A program made the translations under genes and the position numbers. A stretch of 64,000 nucleotides of DNA from Acidobacteriota bacterium (lineage in GTDB: Bacteria > Acidobacteriota > Thermoanaerobaculia > Gp7-AA8), in assembly GCA_019244185.1 (NCBI GenBank), contig JAFATB010000018.1, positions 1-64,000 on the forward strand, in the 5' to 3' direction. Below are positions 47,805-57,714 of the stretch, in pieces (position 1 is the first letter of the stretch; the number at the start of each line of letters is the position of its first letter). The notes under the pieces were generated by a model. That model did not search any database. It worked only from the letters and a program-made list of their open reading frames with translations, and was not told the DNA's origin.

Positions 47805-49349
47805 ATGCCGTCGAAACCGCTCGGAGATGTGGGCGCTGCATGGGAGACGGTTCGATCGCCGGCGTCGCGCGCCGCGGCGGTCTTCGTGCACGGCTGGGGT
47901 GGCGACTATCTCGAAACGTGGACGCGCAAGCCTCGTTTTCGCGCTCCGCTGAAGAGTCTCATCGACCATCTCGCCGAGGACGCGGCTCTTCCCTGGCTGT
48001 TCTATTCGGTGCGGCACACCGGTGCTGCCTTCGAGTCGACGACGATCGACCACATCGCCGGGATCGTGCAGACCGTCCTCGATACGTACGTTTACAAGGT
48101 GGCCGACGTCGTCGTGCTGGTCGCGCATAGCCTGGGCGGGCTCGCGTGTCGCCAGTTGATCCTCAACGAGATCGACCGGCTGCCGCGCGCCGAAATGAAG
48201 ATCGCCGGTCTGCTAATGTACGGGACGCCGAACGACGGCGCATCGATGGCAAAGCTCGCCGGCGGGCTGCTTGGCTCGGCATCCGGTGAGCAGATGCGCA
48301 CGTATAGCGACGAACTGCGCAGGCTCAACAGCGAGTGGCTGGAACGCGTTGCGAACGGCGGCAACCCCGCGCGCGGCTTCGACCAGCGTGCGCCGCTGCT
48401 CTGCTGGAATGTCGTCGGTACCTCCGATCGCGTCGTGACCCCCTCGTCCGCGGCCCACATGGCTCTCATGGGCGACGTGAAGATGGTCGCGAAGGGCCAC
48501 CTCGACATGGTTAAGCCGGCGTCGGTCGACGACGTCTCAGTCGGTATCGCCCGCGATTTCTTAGCCGAGGCGGAGAAGCGCGTCGCATCGCGGCCGCGCG
48601 ATTACGCGTGCGACAAGCTCGCCGCGCTGACCCGCGCTGCCGCCGCGCGTGAGCCGTGGGTGCTGACGGAAGAAGAGACGATCGAGCTCACGCAACTCGA
48701 CGGCGATCGGTCGCGATTCAGCGAGGCTGCCTCGCTGTTCCGATCGCACATCACCACCGTCCGCACCGGCGTCGCGTGCGGCGCGACGTTGCAAATCGGG
48801 GCGCGCCTCGACACCGCGAACTACGAGCCGGGAGTGACGGTGGCGTTCGACTGCGCGATCGGGGATGGCGTCGTGTCCAGCGCCGTCAGCGACGTGCTTC
48901 GCAGCGGCGACATCGACGAAGAGGAGTTGAAGGACCTCGTCCGCGTGGACCGGGTGGAGGCGACGAACGGCACGCGGTCGCTTCCGTTCGCCGCCGAGCC
49001 GATCACGAGGACGGACGGCTGTTACCTGCTGCCCTTCCGCTGTGAGAACTGGCCTGAGAGTCTGGAGCGAGTCGATCGTCTGGAAGTCGAGATCTCATCG
49101 GTCATCGATCTGGCCATGGGTTGGTACACGTTCTATGCGCCGAACACCGTTACCGATCGCCTGACCGTCACGTTCCGCTCGCCGTTCCGGATCGCATGTC
49201 TTCTGCACGAGCCGTTGCGGAGCCAGGCGCAGCCCAAGGAGAACGACTTCGTCAGCGGGTCTTATGTCACGAGGGTGCGCATCGACGGCCCGGTGGCCGC
49301 CGGCGCGCGGATCATGTTCATCTTCAGGAGGGACGATGGCGGCGAGTAA
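47805..49349 (+). CDS. Alpha/beta-hydrolase (PGAP1/DUF676-like lipase) fused to an unknown beta-rich C-terminal domain
   Basis: VFVHGWGG, AHSLGG nucleophile elbow, GTPNDG, SDRVV (Asp), KGHLDMVKP (His); SD GGAGG. Confidence 0.8.
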   Translation: MPSKPLGDVGAAWETVRSPASRAAAVFVHGWGGDYLETWTRKPRFRAPLKSLIDHLAEDAALPWLFYSVRHTGAAFESTTIDHIAGIVQTVLDTYVYKVADVVVLVAHSLGGLACRQLILNEIDRLPRAEMKIAGLLMYGTPNDGASMAKLAGGLLGSASGEQMRTYSDELRRLNSEWLERVANGGNPARGFDQRAPLLCWNVVGTSDRVVTPSSAAHMALMGDVKMVAKGHLDMVKPASVDDVSVGIARDFLAEAEKRVASRPRDYACDKLAALTRAAAAREPWVLTEEETIELTQLDGDRSRFSEAASLFRSHITTVRTGVACGATLQIGARLDTANYEPGVTVAFDCAIGDGVVSSAVSDVLRSGDIDEEELKDLVRVDRVEATNGTRSLPFAAEPITRTDGCYLLPFRCENWPESLERVDRLEVEISSVIDLAMGWYTFYAPNTVTDRLTVTFRSPFRIACLLHEPLRSQAQPKENDFVSGSYVTRVRIDGPVAAGARIMFIFRRDDGGE

Positions 49350-49425
49350 GAAGTCAGCGAAAGGTGGGTCTTCTAAAAAAAGCAGCAGCAAGAAGAATGG
49401 CGGCGGCGGCATTAGGAAAAAGTGA
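49336..49425 (+). CDS. 29-aa Lys/Ser/Gly-rich peptide MAASKKSAKGGSSKKSSSKKNGGGGIRKK
   Basis: AGGAGG 5 nt before the ATG; overlaps the hydrolase stop; below the ORF-track cutoff. Confidence 0.5.
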   Translation: MAASKKSAKGGSSKKSSSKKNGGGGIRKK

Positions 49426-49435
49426 GGAGACAGTC

Positions 49436-49582
49436 ATGGCGAACAAGAACAGCGGTTCGGGTTCATCTTCGGGAAGCGGCGGATCGAAAGGCGGCGGTGG
49501 CAAGAGCGTGACCACGACGACCCCGCAGCCGATTCCGCCTCGCGGTCCGAAACCGCGCAGCGGCGGCGGCGGAACCCGCTGA
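49436..49582 (+). CDS. 48-aa Gly/Ser/Pro-rich basic peptide MANKNSGSGSSSGSGGSKGGGGKSVTTTTPQPIPPRGPKPRSGGGGTR
   Basis: GAGGAG 6 nt before the ATG, immediately after the previous peptide's TGA. Confidence 0.55.
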   Translation: MANKNSGSGSSSGSGGSKGGGGKSVTTTTPQPIPPRGPKPRSGGGGTR

Positions 49583-49651
49583 CGCGTTGACTGCAGCGAA
49601 AACGCCGGCGCTCTTCACGAGCGGAGCTCGAGCGATACACTGACGCACCCG

Positions 49652-50824
49652 ATGTTCCGCTTCGACTTCACCACCGCCGGCGAATCTCACGGGCCGCAGC
49701 TGACGGTCCTCGTCACCGGACTGCCTGCCGGTTTGCGCGTCGACCGTGCTGCGATCGATCGGGATCTCGCGCGGCGGCAGCATGGGTATGGGCGCGGCGG
49801 GCGGATGAAGATCGAGAGCGATGCGGCGGAGGTCACCGCAGGCCTGCGCGGCGGCGAGACGCTCGGGTCGCCGATCGCGGTGCAGATCCGCAATCGCGAT
49901 TTCGAGAACTGGCAGCCGGCGATGGATCCGTGGACGCTCGACGACGCGGAGGCGCACAAGCGGCGCGTGCATGCGCCGCGACCGGGGCACGTCGATCTCG
50001 CGGGCGGGATGAAGTACGGCCGCACCGATCTGCGCGACGTCCTCGAGCGCGCGTCGGCGCGCGAGACCGCGGCGCGCGTCGCCGCCGGCGCGTTCGCGAA
50101 AGAACTGCTGCGCGCGTTCGGCATCGAGATCCGTTCCGGCGTCGTCTCCGTCGGACCCGCCGGCGATCCCGAATACGCGGCGACGTGGGGCGAGCTCGCG
50201 TCCGTTGACGACGACTCGCCCCTGCGCGCGATCAATCGCGAGCACGAGGCCGCGATGATCGCGGAAGTCGATCGCGCCCGCGAGCTCGGCGAGACCCTCG
50301 GCGGCACGATCGTCGTCGCCGCGCGCGGCGTCCCCGTCGGACTCGGCTCCTACGTCCAGTGGACGGAGAAGCTCGACGGCCGCATCGCGCAGGCGATCCT
50401 CTCGATCCATGCAGTCAAGGCGGTCGCGATCGGCGACGGCGTCGGCGCGGCGCGACGCGTCGGTTCCGAAGTGCATGATGCGATCTGGTTCGATGACGAG
50501 CGGCGCTATCACCGCACGACCAATCGCGCGGGTGGACTCGAAGGCGGCGTCACGAACGGAGAAGACGTCGTCGTGCGCGCGTTCATGAAGCCGATCTCGA
50601 CGCTGCGGCGTGGACTGCCGTCCGTCGACACCGAAACGCGCGAGGCGCATCGCTCGCAGTGGGAGCGCAGCGACGTCACCGCGGTGCCGGCGTGCGGCGT
50701 CGTCTGCGAGGCGATGCTCGCGATCGTGCTCGCGTCCGCGATGCGCGAAAAGTTCGGCGGCGATTCGCTCGCGGAGATGCGCCGGAATTACGATGCGTAT
50801 CTCGATGAGCTCCGCCTCTTTTAG
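49652..50824 (+). CDS. aroC: Chorismate synthase
   Basis: TAGESHG, RRQHGYGRGGRM, PRPGHVD, ERASARETA, NRAGGLEGG, ERSD. Confidence 0.97.
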   Translation: MFRFDFTTAGESHGPQLTVLVTGLPAGLRVDRAAIDRDLARRQHGYGRGGRMKIESDAAEVTAGLRGGETLGSPIAVQIRNRDFENWQPAMDPWTLDDAEAHKRRVHAPRPGHVDLAGGMKYGRTDLRDVLERASARETAARVAAGAFAKELLRAFGIEIRSGVVSVGPAGDPEYAATWGELASVDDDSPLRAINREHEAAMIAEVDRARELGETLGGTIVVAARGVPVGLGSYVQWTEKLDGRIAQAILSIHAVKAVAIGDGVGAARRVGSEVHDAIWFDDERRYHRTTNRAGGLEGGVTNGEDVVVRAFMKPISTLRRGLPSVDTETREAHRSQWERSDVTAVPACGVVCEAMLAIVLASAMREKFGGDSLAEMRRNYDAYLDELRLF

Positions 50825-51944
50825 AGACCTCTTTCCGGTCACGAAGAACCTCGTCTACTTCAATCACGCCGCGGTCGGCCCGCTCTCCGTGCGCGCGTAC
50901 GAGGCGATGGAGCGGCACGCGCGCGACCAGCGCGAGTTCGGCGCGCTGCACTGGCGCGACTGGTACGCGGAAGTCGACCGCCTCCGCGAGGCCGCGGCGC
51001 GGCTCATCGGTGCGAACGCGGACGAGATCGCGATCCTCAAGAACACGTCGGAAGGCCTGTCTTTCGTGGCCGAAGGCATCCGCTGGAACGCCGGCGACAA
51101 CGTCGTCACGACGGCGATGGAGTTCCCGTCGAACTGGACGCCGTGGCAGGCGCTCGCGCCGCGCGGCGTCGAAACGCGCGTCGCCGAAAACGCCACCGCC
51201 GCCGCGATCGCGCCGCTCCTCGACGACCGCACGCGCGTCGTCAGCGTCTCGTCCGTCGCGTTCCACAACGGCTTCGTCGCCGAGCTCGACGCGATCGGCG
51301 CACTCTGCGCGTCGCGCAATGTGCTCTTCGTCGTCGACGCGATTCAGAGCGTCGGCGTGCTGCCGATCGACGTGCGCCGCTCGGGCATTCACGTGCTCGC
51401 GGCGGATGGACACAAGTGGATGTGCGGTCCGGAGAGCTGCGCGCTCTTCTTCGTCGCCGCGGAACGTCGCGACGAACTGCAGGTGCTCGAGCACGGCTGG
51501 ACGAACATCGAGCGCGGCGGGAAGTTCATCGGCTGCGACGTCGCGCTCGTTCCCGACGCGCGCCGTTTCGAGGCGGGCTCGCTGAACACGAACGGCATCT
51601 ACGGTCTGCGCGCGGCGCTCGAACTGCTGCTGGAGATCGGCATCGAGACGGTGGCGTCGCATGCGATCGCCGTCGCCGCGGAGCTCGCGGACGGACTGGC
51701 CTCGATCGGCTGGAGCGTCGCGTCGCCGCGTCCGATCCGCTCCGGCATCGTCGGCGCGATTCCACCGGCCGTAGAAAACGACGCGTCGAAGTCGCTGTTG
51801 TGGTACCACCGGCGCCTCGAGGAAAACGGCGTCGTCTGCGCGCCGCGCGAAGGAATGCTGAGGTTTTCGCCGCATTTCTACAACGACCGCCTCGATGTCG
51901 CGCGCGTCGTGTCTGTGTTGCGGGGGTTATCATCATCGACATGA
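50805..51944 (+). CDS. Class V PLP-dependent aminotransferase
   Basis: YFNHAAVGP, NTSEG, EFPSN, VDAIQSVG, DGHKWMCGP, RFSPHFYN. Confidence 0.9.
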   Translation: MSSASFRDLFPVTKNLVYFNHAAVGPLSVRAYEAMERHARDQREFGALHWRDWYAEVDRLREAAARLIGANADEIAILKNTSEGLSFVAEGIRWNAGDNVVTTAMEFPSNWTPWQALAPRGVETRVAENATAAAIAPLLDDRTRVVSVSSVAFHNGFVAELDAIGALCASRNVLFVVDAIQSVGVLPIDVRRSGIHVLAADGHKWMCGPESCALFFVAAERRDELQVLEHGWTNIERGGKFIGCDVALVPDARRFEAGSLNTNGIYGLRAALELLLEIGIETVASHAIAVAAELADGLASIGWSVASPRPIRSGIVGAIPPAVENDASKSLLWYHRRLEENGVVCAPREGMLRFSPHFYNDRLDVARVVSVLRGLSSST

Positions 51945-53386
51945 CGATCATGGTGTTGTTTCTCTGCGTGATCGCGCTGCTGCTCGGTGCGATCGGAGGG
52001 TGGGTGGTTGGGAGCGCGAGGAAGAGCGCCGAGGCGCGGAAGGCGCTCGCGCAGCGCGACCAGGCGCTCGTGGAACGCGATCGCGCGGCCGCGGAGCGCG
52101 AGAAGGCGAAGATCGAGCGCGATCTCATGCGCGCGGAGCGCGAGCGCAGCGACGCCGAACGTCTGGCGATGCAGCAGCGCGTCGAGGATGCGCAGCAGGC
52201 GCGCGCCGCCGCCGACGCGCGCGTCGCGGAGGCGGAGAAGCTCCTCACCAATCACGAAGAAATGCGGCGCCAGCTCGAGGGCACGTTCGCGAGTCTCGCG
52301 CAGCGCGCGTTCCAGGCCGCGGGCGAGAACCTCGTGGCGATGAACAAGACCCAGATCGACGGCACGCTCGACACGAAGAAAGTCGAGATCGACGGCCTGC
52401 TCAAGCCGCTGCGCGACATGCTCGAGCAGTACCGCGGCGAAGTGCTCAAGAGCGAGCGCGTGCGCAACGAAAGCTACGGCGGACTGCAGGAGCAGATCCG
52501 CGCGCTGCTGGCCGCACAGGAATCGACGCAGCGCGAGGCGTCGCGTCTCGCGAACGTCCTGCAGTCGCCGACGGTCCGCGGCTCGTGGGGCGAGAACTCG
52601 CTGCGCCGCTGCATCGAGCTCGCCGGCATGAGCGAGTTCTGCGACTTCGACGTGCAGTTCACGGTCGTCTCCGACGATGGCCGCCGCCTGCGCCCCGATC
52701 TCATCGTCCGCCTGCCGAACAACCGCGCCATCGCCGTCGATGCGAAGGCGCCGCTGAACGAATACGCGAGCGCCGCCGACGAGACCGACGAGACGCGCAA
52801 GCGCGAGGCGCTCGCCGCGCACGCGAAGATGCTGCGGCGCCACATCGATGGCCTCAGCCGCCGCGACTATCAGGCCAGCATCGGCGACACGCTCGACTTC
52901 ACGGTGATGTATCTGCCGGGCGAGCACTTCCTCTCCGCCGCGCTCGTCACCGACCCGTCGCTCTTCGAATACGCGGTCGAACGCAAGATCTACCTCGCGT
53001 CGCCGACCGTGCTCCTGCCGCTGCTGCGCGCGGTGGCCGCGGGCTGGAAAGCGGAGCGCACGGAAGAGAACGCGAAGAAGCTGCACGACGCGGGCGTCGA
53101 GCTCTTCAATCGCTTCGTTAAGGTGATGGAGCACGTCGCCGACGTCGGCACCGCGCTGCGGCGCACGGTCGAGAAGTACAACGGCGCGATCGGCTCGATC
53201 GACCGCATGCTCTGGCCGAAGGGCGAAGAGCTGCAGCGCCTCGCCGGCAGCGGCAAAGAGCTCGGTGCGCTCAACCAGATCGAAGCGGTGCCGCTCGAGT
53301 CGTCGAAGCTGCGGCTCACGATGCAGAACGAAGAGCCGGGGCTGCTTTTCGCGATCGACGGCCGGCCGCTCGAGGGAACTTCGTAG
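51941..53386 (+). CDS. rmuC: DNA recombination protein RmuC
   Basis: N-terminal TM and coiled coil; RGSWGE..L, RPDLIVRLP, VDAKAP, DFTVMYLPGE, SPT. Confidence 0.92.
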   Translation: MTIMVLFLCVIALLLGAIGGWVVGSARKSAEARKALAQRDQALVERDRAAAEREKAKIERDLMRAERERSDAERLAMQQRVEDAQQARAAADARVAEAEKLLTNHEEMRRQLEGTFASLAQRAFQAAGENLVAMNKTQIDGTLDTKKVEIDGLLKPLRDMLEQYRGEVLKSERVRNESYGGLQEQIRALLAAQESTQREASRLANVLQSPTVRGSWGENSLRRCIELAGMSEFCDFDVQFTVVSDDGRRLRPDLIVRLPNNRAIAVDAKAPLNEYASAADETDETRKREALAAHAKMLRRHIDGLSRRDYQASIGDTLDFTVMYLPGEHFLSAALVTDPSLFEYAVERKIYLASPTVLLPLLRAVAAGWKAERTEENAKKLHDAGVELFNRFVKVMEHVADVGTALRRTVEKYNGAIGSIDRMLWPKGEELQRLAGSGKELGALNQIEAVPLESSKLRLTMQNEEPGLLFAIDGRPLEGTS

Positions 53387-53414
53387 CCGCGAGCTGTGTT
53401 ACGATCGGCGTCTC

Positions 53415-53486
53415 ATGACCCGCCACCTTCAGGAGCACGAGCCGCTGCAGAGTCTCAACGCCGGCTCGTTGCTTTGGCCGGCGTAA
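53415..53486 (+). CDS. Putative trp leader peptide MTRHLQEHEPLQSLNAGSLLWPA
   Basis: Short ORF upstream of trpG, 9 nt after an extended -10 (TGtTACGAT), with one Trp codon near its end. Confidence 0.5.
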   Translation: MTRHLQEHEPLQSLNAGSLLWPA

Positions 53487-53572
53487 CCGCCGCGTTCCCC
53501 CATTTCCTCTGACGTTGATTCGATGGCGATGGTGATCGCCCGCGTCCGCCTTTCCATTCGCCGGAGGAACGC

Positions 53573-54142
53573 ATGATCACCGTCATCGACAACTACGATT
53601 CATTCACCTACAACCTCGTGCAGCAGCTCGAGCGCCTCGCGGGCGAGCGGCTGCGCATCATCCGCAACGACGCGTTCGAGCCCGCGGAACTGCTGCACGA
53701 GCGGCCGCGCGCGCTCGTGATCTCGCCCGGCCCCGGCACGCCCGCGCGCGCCGGCCGCTGCATCGATCTCATTCGCGCGAACACTTCGATCCCGCTCCTC
53801 GGCGTCTGCCTCGGACATCAGGCGATCGCCGAGGCGTTCGGCGCGAGCGTCGTGCGCGGGAGTTTGCCCGTGCACGGGAAAGTGAGCGAGGTGCGCCACG
53901 GCGGCGAGCGGCTGTTCAAGGACTGCCCGACGCCGATGCACACCGCGCGCTATCACTCGCTCGTCGTCGCGCGCGAAACGCTGCCGGACGTTTTCACGGT
54001 CGACGCGGAGACCGACGATGGCGCGGTCATGGCGGTGTCGCATCGCATGCGCCCGATCTTCGGCATCCAGTTCCATCCCGAGTCGTACGGAACCGCGGGC
54101 GGCGATCAGCTGATCCGCAACTTTCTCGGAGGTCTCGCATGA
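53573..54142 (+). CDS. trpG: Anthranilate synthase component II
   Basis: IDNYDSFTYNL, ISPGPG, GVCLGHQ, RYHSL, QFHPES. Confidence 0.93.
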   Translation: MITVIDNYDSFTYNLVQQLERLAGERLRIIRNDAFEPAELLHERPRALVISPGPGTPARAGRCIDLIRANTSIPLLGVCLGHQAIAEAFGASVVRGSLPVHGKVSEVRHGGERLFKDCPTPMHTARYHSLVVARETLPDVFTVDAETDDGAVMAVSHRMRPIFGIQFHPESYGTAGGDQLIRNFLGGLA

Positions 54143-55164
54143 TCGCCGACGCCATCAAACGCGTGGTCGACGGCCGGCACCTCGGCCGCGACGAAATGCG
54201 GGAGGTCTTCGGCGCCGTCATGGACGGCCGCACGACAGACGTGCAGAAGTCGGCGCTCCTGGTCGCGCTGCGGATGAAAGGCGAGACGCCGGACGAGATC
54301 GCCGGCGCCGCGCTGGCCATGCGCGAGCGCGTGACGCCGCTCGACGTTGACGGTGTCAACCTGGTGGACACCTGCGGGACCGGCGGCGACGGCCGCGGCA
54401 CGTTCAACGTGTCCACCATCGCCGCGATCGTCGCCGCGGGCGCAGGCGCGAAGGTCGCGAAACACGGCAACCGCGCGGTGTCGTCGTCGTGCGGCAGCGC
54501 CGATCTCCTCGCCGCGCTCGGCGTCAACATCGATCTCGACGCCGCGCGCATGTCGGCGGTGCTGCGCCGCACCGGCATCGCGTTTCTCTTCGCGCCAAAG
54601 CTGCATCCCGCGATGAGCGCCGTGGCCGGCGTGCGGCGCGAGCTCGGCGTGCGCACGATCTTCAACGTCCTCGGCCCGCTCACGAACCCCGCGTTCGCGC
54701 GGCGGCAGGTGCTCGGCGTGTACGCGGAGCGGCTCGTCGATGTGGTCGCGCGCGTCCTCGCCGCGCTCGGCGTCGAGCACGCGCTCGTCGTGCACAGCCG
54801 CGACGGTCTCGACGAGATCTCCGTCTCCGCGCCGACGGTTGTCTGCGAGGTGCGCGACGGCGAGGTGCGCTCGTACGAGCTCACGCCGGACGATCTCGGT
54901 CTCGCCACGCACACACTCGACGATCTCCTCGGCGGCGACGCCCGCATGAACGCGACGATCGCGCGCGCAATCCTCGAAGGTGCCGGCGACGCGCGCCACG
55001 ACATCGTCGTCGCGAACGCCGGCGCCGCGTTGTACGTGGCCGGACTCGCGCCGACGATCCGCGACGGTGTCGCGCTCGCGCGCGAGTCGCTCGCGAGCGC
55101 GCGGGCGTTAGGAAAATTGGAAGAGTTGATCGCGGCAAGCCGCGAGCTCGGAGGCGCCGCATGA
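54139..55164 (+). CDS. trpD: Anthranilate phosphoribosyltransferase
   Basis: DTCGTGGDG, KHGNRAVSS, RTIFNVLGPLTNP, GLDE. Confidence 0.96.
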   Translation: MIADAIKRVVDGRHLGRDEMREVFGAVMDGRTTDVQKSALLVALRMKGETPDEIAGAALAMRERVTPLDVDGVNLVDTCGTGGDGRGTFNVSTIAAIVAAGAGAKVAKHGNRAVSSSCGSADLLAALGVNIDLDAARMSAVLRRTGIAFLFAPKLHPAMSAVAGVRRELGVRTIFNVLGPLTNPAFARRQVLGVYAERLVDVVARVLAALGVEHALVVHSRDGLDEISVSAPTVVCEVRDGEVRSYELTPDDLGLATHTLDDLLGGDARMNATIARAILEGAGDARHDIVVANAGAALYVAGLAPTIRDGVALARESLASARALGKLEELIAASRELGGAA

Positions 55165-55931
55165 CCGTCCTCGACCAGATCGTCGAACGTACGCGCGAGC
55201 GCCTCCGCACCGAAAGCAAGCCCGATCGCCGCGCGGCGGAAGACGTCGCGGCCTCGCGCGCGCCGTTCGCGTTTCGCGAGGCGCTCGCACGCGACGGCGT
55301 GAACGTCATCGCCGAGATCAAGTCCGCGTCGCCGTCGGCGGGATCCATCATCGACAACCCCGACGTCGAAGCGATCGCGCGCGAGTACGCGCGGGGCGGA
55401 GCCGCGGCACTCTCGGTCGTCACCGAGCCGGAGTTCTTCCGCGGCTCGCGCGAATGGCTTGCGCGCGCGAGCGGTGCGGCGGCGTTGCCGGTGGTGATGA
55501 AAGACTTCGTCGTCGAGCCGTCGCAAATCGTGCGCGGGATCGCGGCGGGCGCCAACGCGATCCTGCTGCTCGCGTCGCTGCTCGACACCGCGCGCATCCG
55601 CGACTTCGTGGCGCTTCTCGAAGCCTACGGCTGCGACGCGCTCGTCGAAGTGCACGACGAGGAAGAGCTCGAGCGCGCGGTCGCGGGCAGCGCGCGCATC
55701 ATCGGCGTCAACAATCGAGATCTGCGCGATTTCCGCGTCGATCTCGCCACCTCCGAACGGCTCGGCGCGCGCATGCCGGCCGATGCGATCCGCGTCGCGG
55801 AAAGCGGCATCCGCACGCACGCGGACGTCGCGCGGCTGCGCAACGTTGGCTTTCACGCGTTTCTCGTCGGCGAATCGCTCCTTCGACAACACGACCGCGC
55901 CGCCGCCGTGCGCGCGTTGATCGAGCCATGA
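55161..55931 (+). CDS. trpC: Indole-3-glycerol phosphate synthase
   Basis: [34 protein letters not shown]. Confidence 0.95.
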   Translation: MTVLDQIVERTRERLRTESKPDRRAAEDVAASRAPFAFREALARDGVNVIAEIKSASPSAGSIIDNPDVEAIAREYARGGAAALSVVTEPEFFRGSREWLARASGAAALPVVMKDFVVEPSQIVRGIAAGANAILLLASLLDTARIRDFVALLEAYGCDALVEVHDEEELERAVAGSARIIGVNNRDLRDFRVDLATSERLGARMPADAIRVAESGIRTHADVARLRNVGFHAFLVGESLLRQHDRAAAVRALIEP

Positions 55932-56533
55932 CCAAGCTCAAGATCTGCGGCATCACGCGACTCGAAGACGCGCAACTCTGCGCCGACAACGAAGTCGATT
56001 TTCTCGGCTTCATCTTCGTCCCCGAGTCGCCGCGCTACATCGAGCCGGAACGCGCGGCGGAGATCGCGTCGCGCGTGCGCGGTCCGCGCTTCGTGGGCGT
56101 GTTCCGCGACGCCGCGCCGGAGCTCGTGCGCGAGACGGCGCGCATCGCGAACGTCGACTTCGTGCAACTGCACGGCGCCGAATCCGAAGACGACATCCGC
56201 GAGATCGGATTGCCGTCGATCAAAGCGCTGCGCGTCGGCGACACGCTGCCCGACACCACGGCCACGCCGAGCGCGCAGTGGCTGCTCTTCGACACCTACG
56301 ACGAACGCCGCGGCGGCGGCACCGGCCGTCGCTTCGACTGGTCGCTGCTCGCGCTGTACGCGCGCACGCAACCGTTCTTTCTCTCCGGCGGCCTCGGCCC
56401 CGACAACGTCGCCGCCGCGATCAGCCTCGTGCGCCCCGACGCGATCGACGTCTCCAGCGGCGTCGAAGCGTCGCCCGGCGTGAAAGACCACGACAAACTC
56501 CGCAACCTCTTCGAGAGGATCCGACGCTCATGA
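55928..56533 (+). CDS. trpF: Phosphoribosylanthranilate isomerase
   Basis: KICGIT, SPR, QLHG, GGTG..FDW, DVSSGVE. Confidence 0.95.
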   Translation: MTKLKICGITRLEDAQLCADNEVDFLGFIFVPESPRYIEPERAAEIASRVRGPRFVGVFRDAAPELVRETARIANVDFVQLHGAESEDDIREIGLPSIKALRVGDTLPDTTATPSAQWLLFDTYDERRGGGTGRRFDWSLLALYARTQPFFLSGGLGPDNVAAAISLVRPDAIDVSSGVEASPGVKDHDKLRNLFERIRRS

Positions 56534-57714
56534 CGGCAGTGCTTCCCGACAAACACGGTTTCTTCGGCACGTTCGGCGGACAGTTCGTCCCCGAAACGTT
56601 GATGGCCGCGCTCGACGAATTTGAGCGCGCGTACAAGCAGCTCAAACGCGACCGCGCGTTTCGCGACGAGCTGCACGACATCCTCGGCGAGTTCGTGGGG
56701 CGTCCGACGCCGCTCACCGAGGCGCGAAGGTTCGCGTCGCTGGCAAACGGCGCGTTTCGCTTGTTTCTAAAACGCGAAGACCTCAACCACACCGGCGCGC
56801 ACAAGATCAACAACGCCATCGGCCAGGCGCTCATCGCGAAACGCATGGGCAAGCAGCGCGTGATCGCGGAGACCGGCGCGGGACAGCACGGCGTCGCCAC
56901 CGCCACCGCGTGCGCGCTCCTCGGCTTGCAATGCGTCGTCTACATGGGCGAAGTCGACATGGCGCGGCAGGAGCTCAACGTCTTCCGCATGCGCCTCCTC
57001 GGCGCGGAAGTCGTCCCCGTGACGAGCGGCAGCCGGACGCTGAAAGACGCGATCAACGAGGCCATCCGCGACTGGGTCACGAACGTCCGCACCACGCACT
57101 ACATCATCGGCTCGGTGCTCGGGCCGCATCCGTATCCGATGATCGTGCGCGACTTCCAGTCCGTCATCGGACGCGAGGCGCTCGCGCAGCTGAAGAAGAA
57201 AACCGGCGCGCTGCCGGACGTCGCGATCGCGTGCGTCGGCGGCGGCTCGAACGCGATCGGCCTCTTCTACGAGATGCTCCCGCACCCGTCGATCCGGATG
57301 ATCGGCGTCGAAGCGGGCGGGCGCGGCGCGCAGCTCGGCGAACATGCCGCGCGTTTCTCCGGCGGCGCGCTGGGCGTGCTGCACGGCACGCGCTCGATGG
57401 TGCTGCAGGACGAGTTCGGACAGATCGCGGAGACGCATTCGATCTCCGCGGGACTCGACTACCCATCGATTGGTCCCGAGCACGCGTACCTGCAGGAAAT
57501 CGGACGCGTCGAATACCACGACTGCAGCGACGACCTCGCGCTCGAGGCGTTCCACAAGCTCAGCGAGTCGGAAGGCATCATCCCGGCGCTCGAGTCGTCG
57601 CACGCCCTCGGGTGGCTGCTGCGCAACGGGCAGACGATCGCGCGCGACGCGGTCGTGGTCGTGAATCTCTCCGGACGCGGCGACAAGGACGTGCCGCAGG
57701 TGGCCGCCCTATGA
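56530..57714 (+). CDS. trpB: Tryptophan synthase beta chain
   Basis: [42 protein letters not shown]. Confidence 0.97.
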   Translation: MTAVLPDKHGFFGTFGGQFVPETLMAALDEFERAYKQLKRDRAFRDELHDILGEFVGRPTPLTEARRFASLANGAFRLFLKREDLNHTGAHKINNAIGQALIAKRMGKQRVIAETGAGQHGVATATACALLGLQCVVYMGEVDMARQELNVFRMRLLGAEVVPVTSGSRTLKDAINEAIRDWVTNVRTTHYIIGSVLGPHPYPMIVRDFQSVIGREALAQLKKKTGALPDVAIACVGGGSNAIGLFYEMLPHPSIRMIGVEAGGRGAQLGEHAARFSGGALGVLHGTRSMVLQDEFGQIAETHSISAGLDYPSIGPEHAYLQEIGRVEYHDCSDDLALEAFHKLSESEGIIPALESSHALGWLLRNGQTIARDAVVVVNLSGRGDKDVPQVAAL

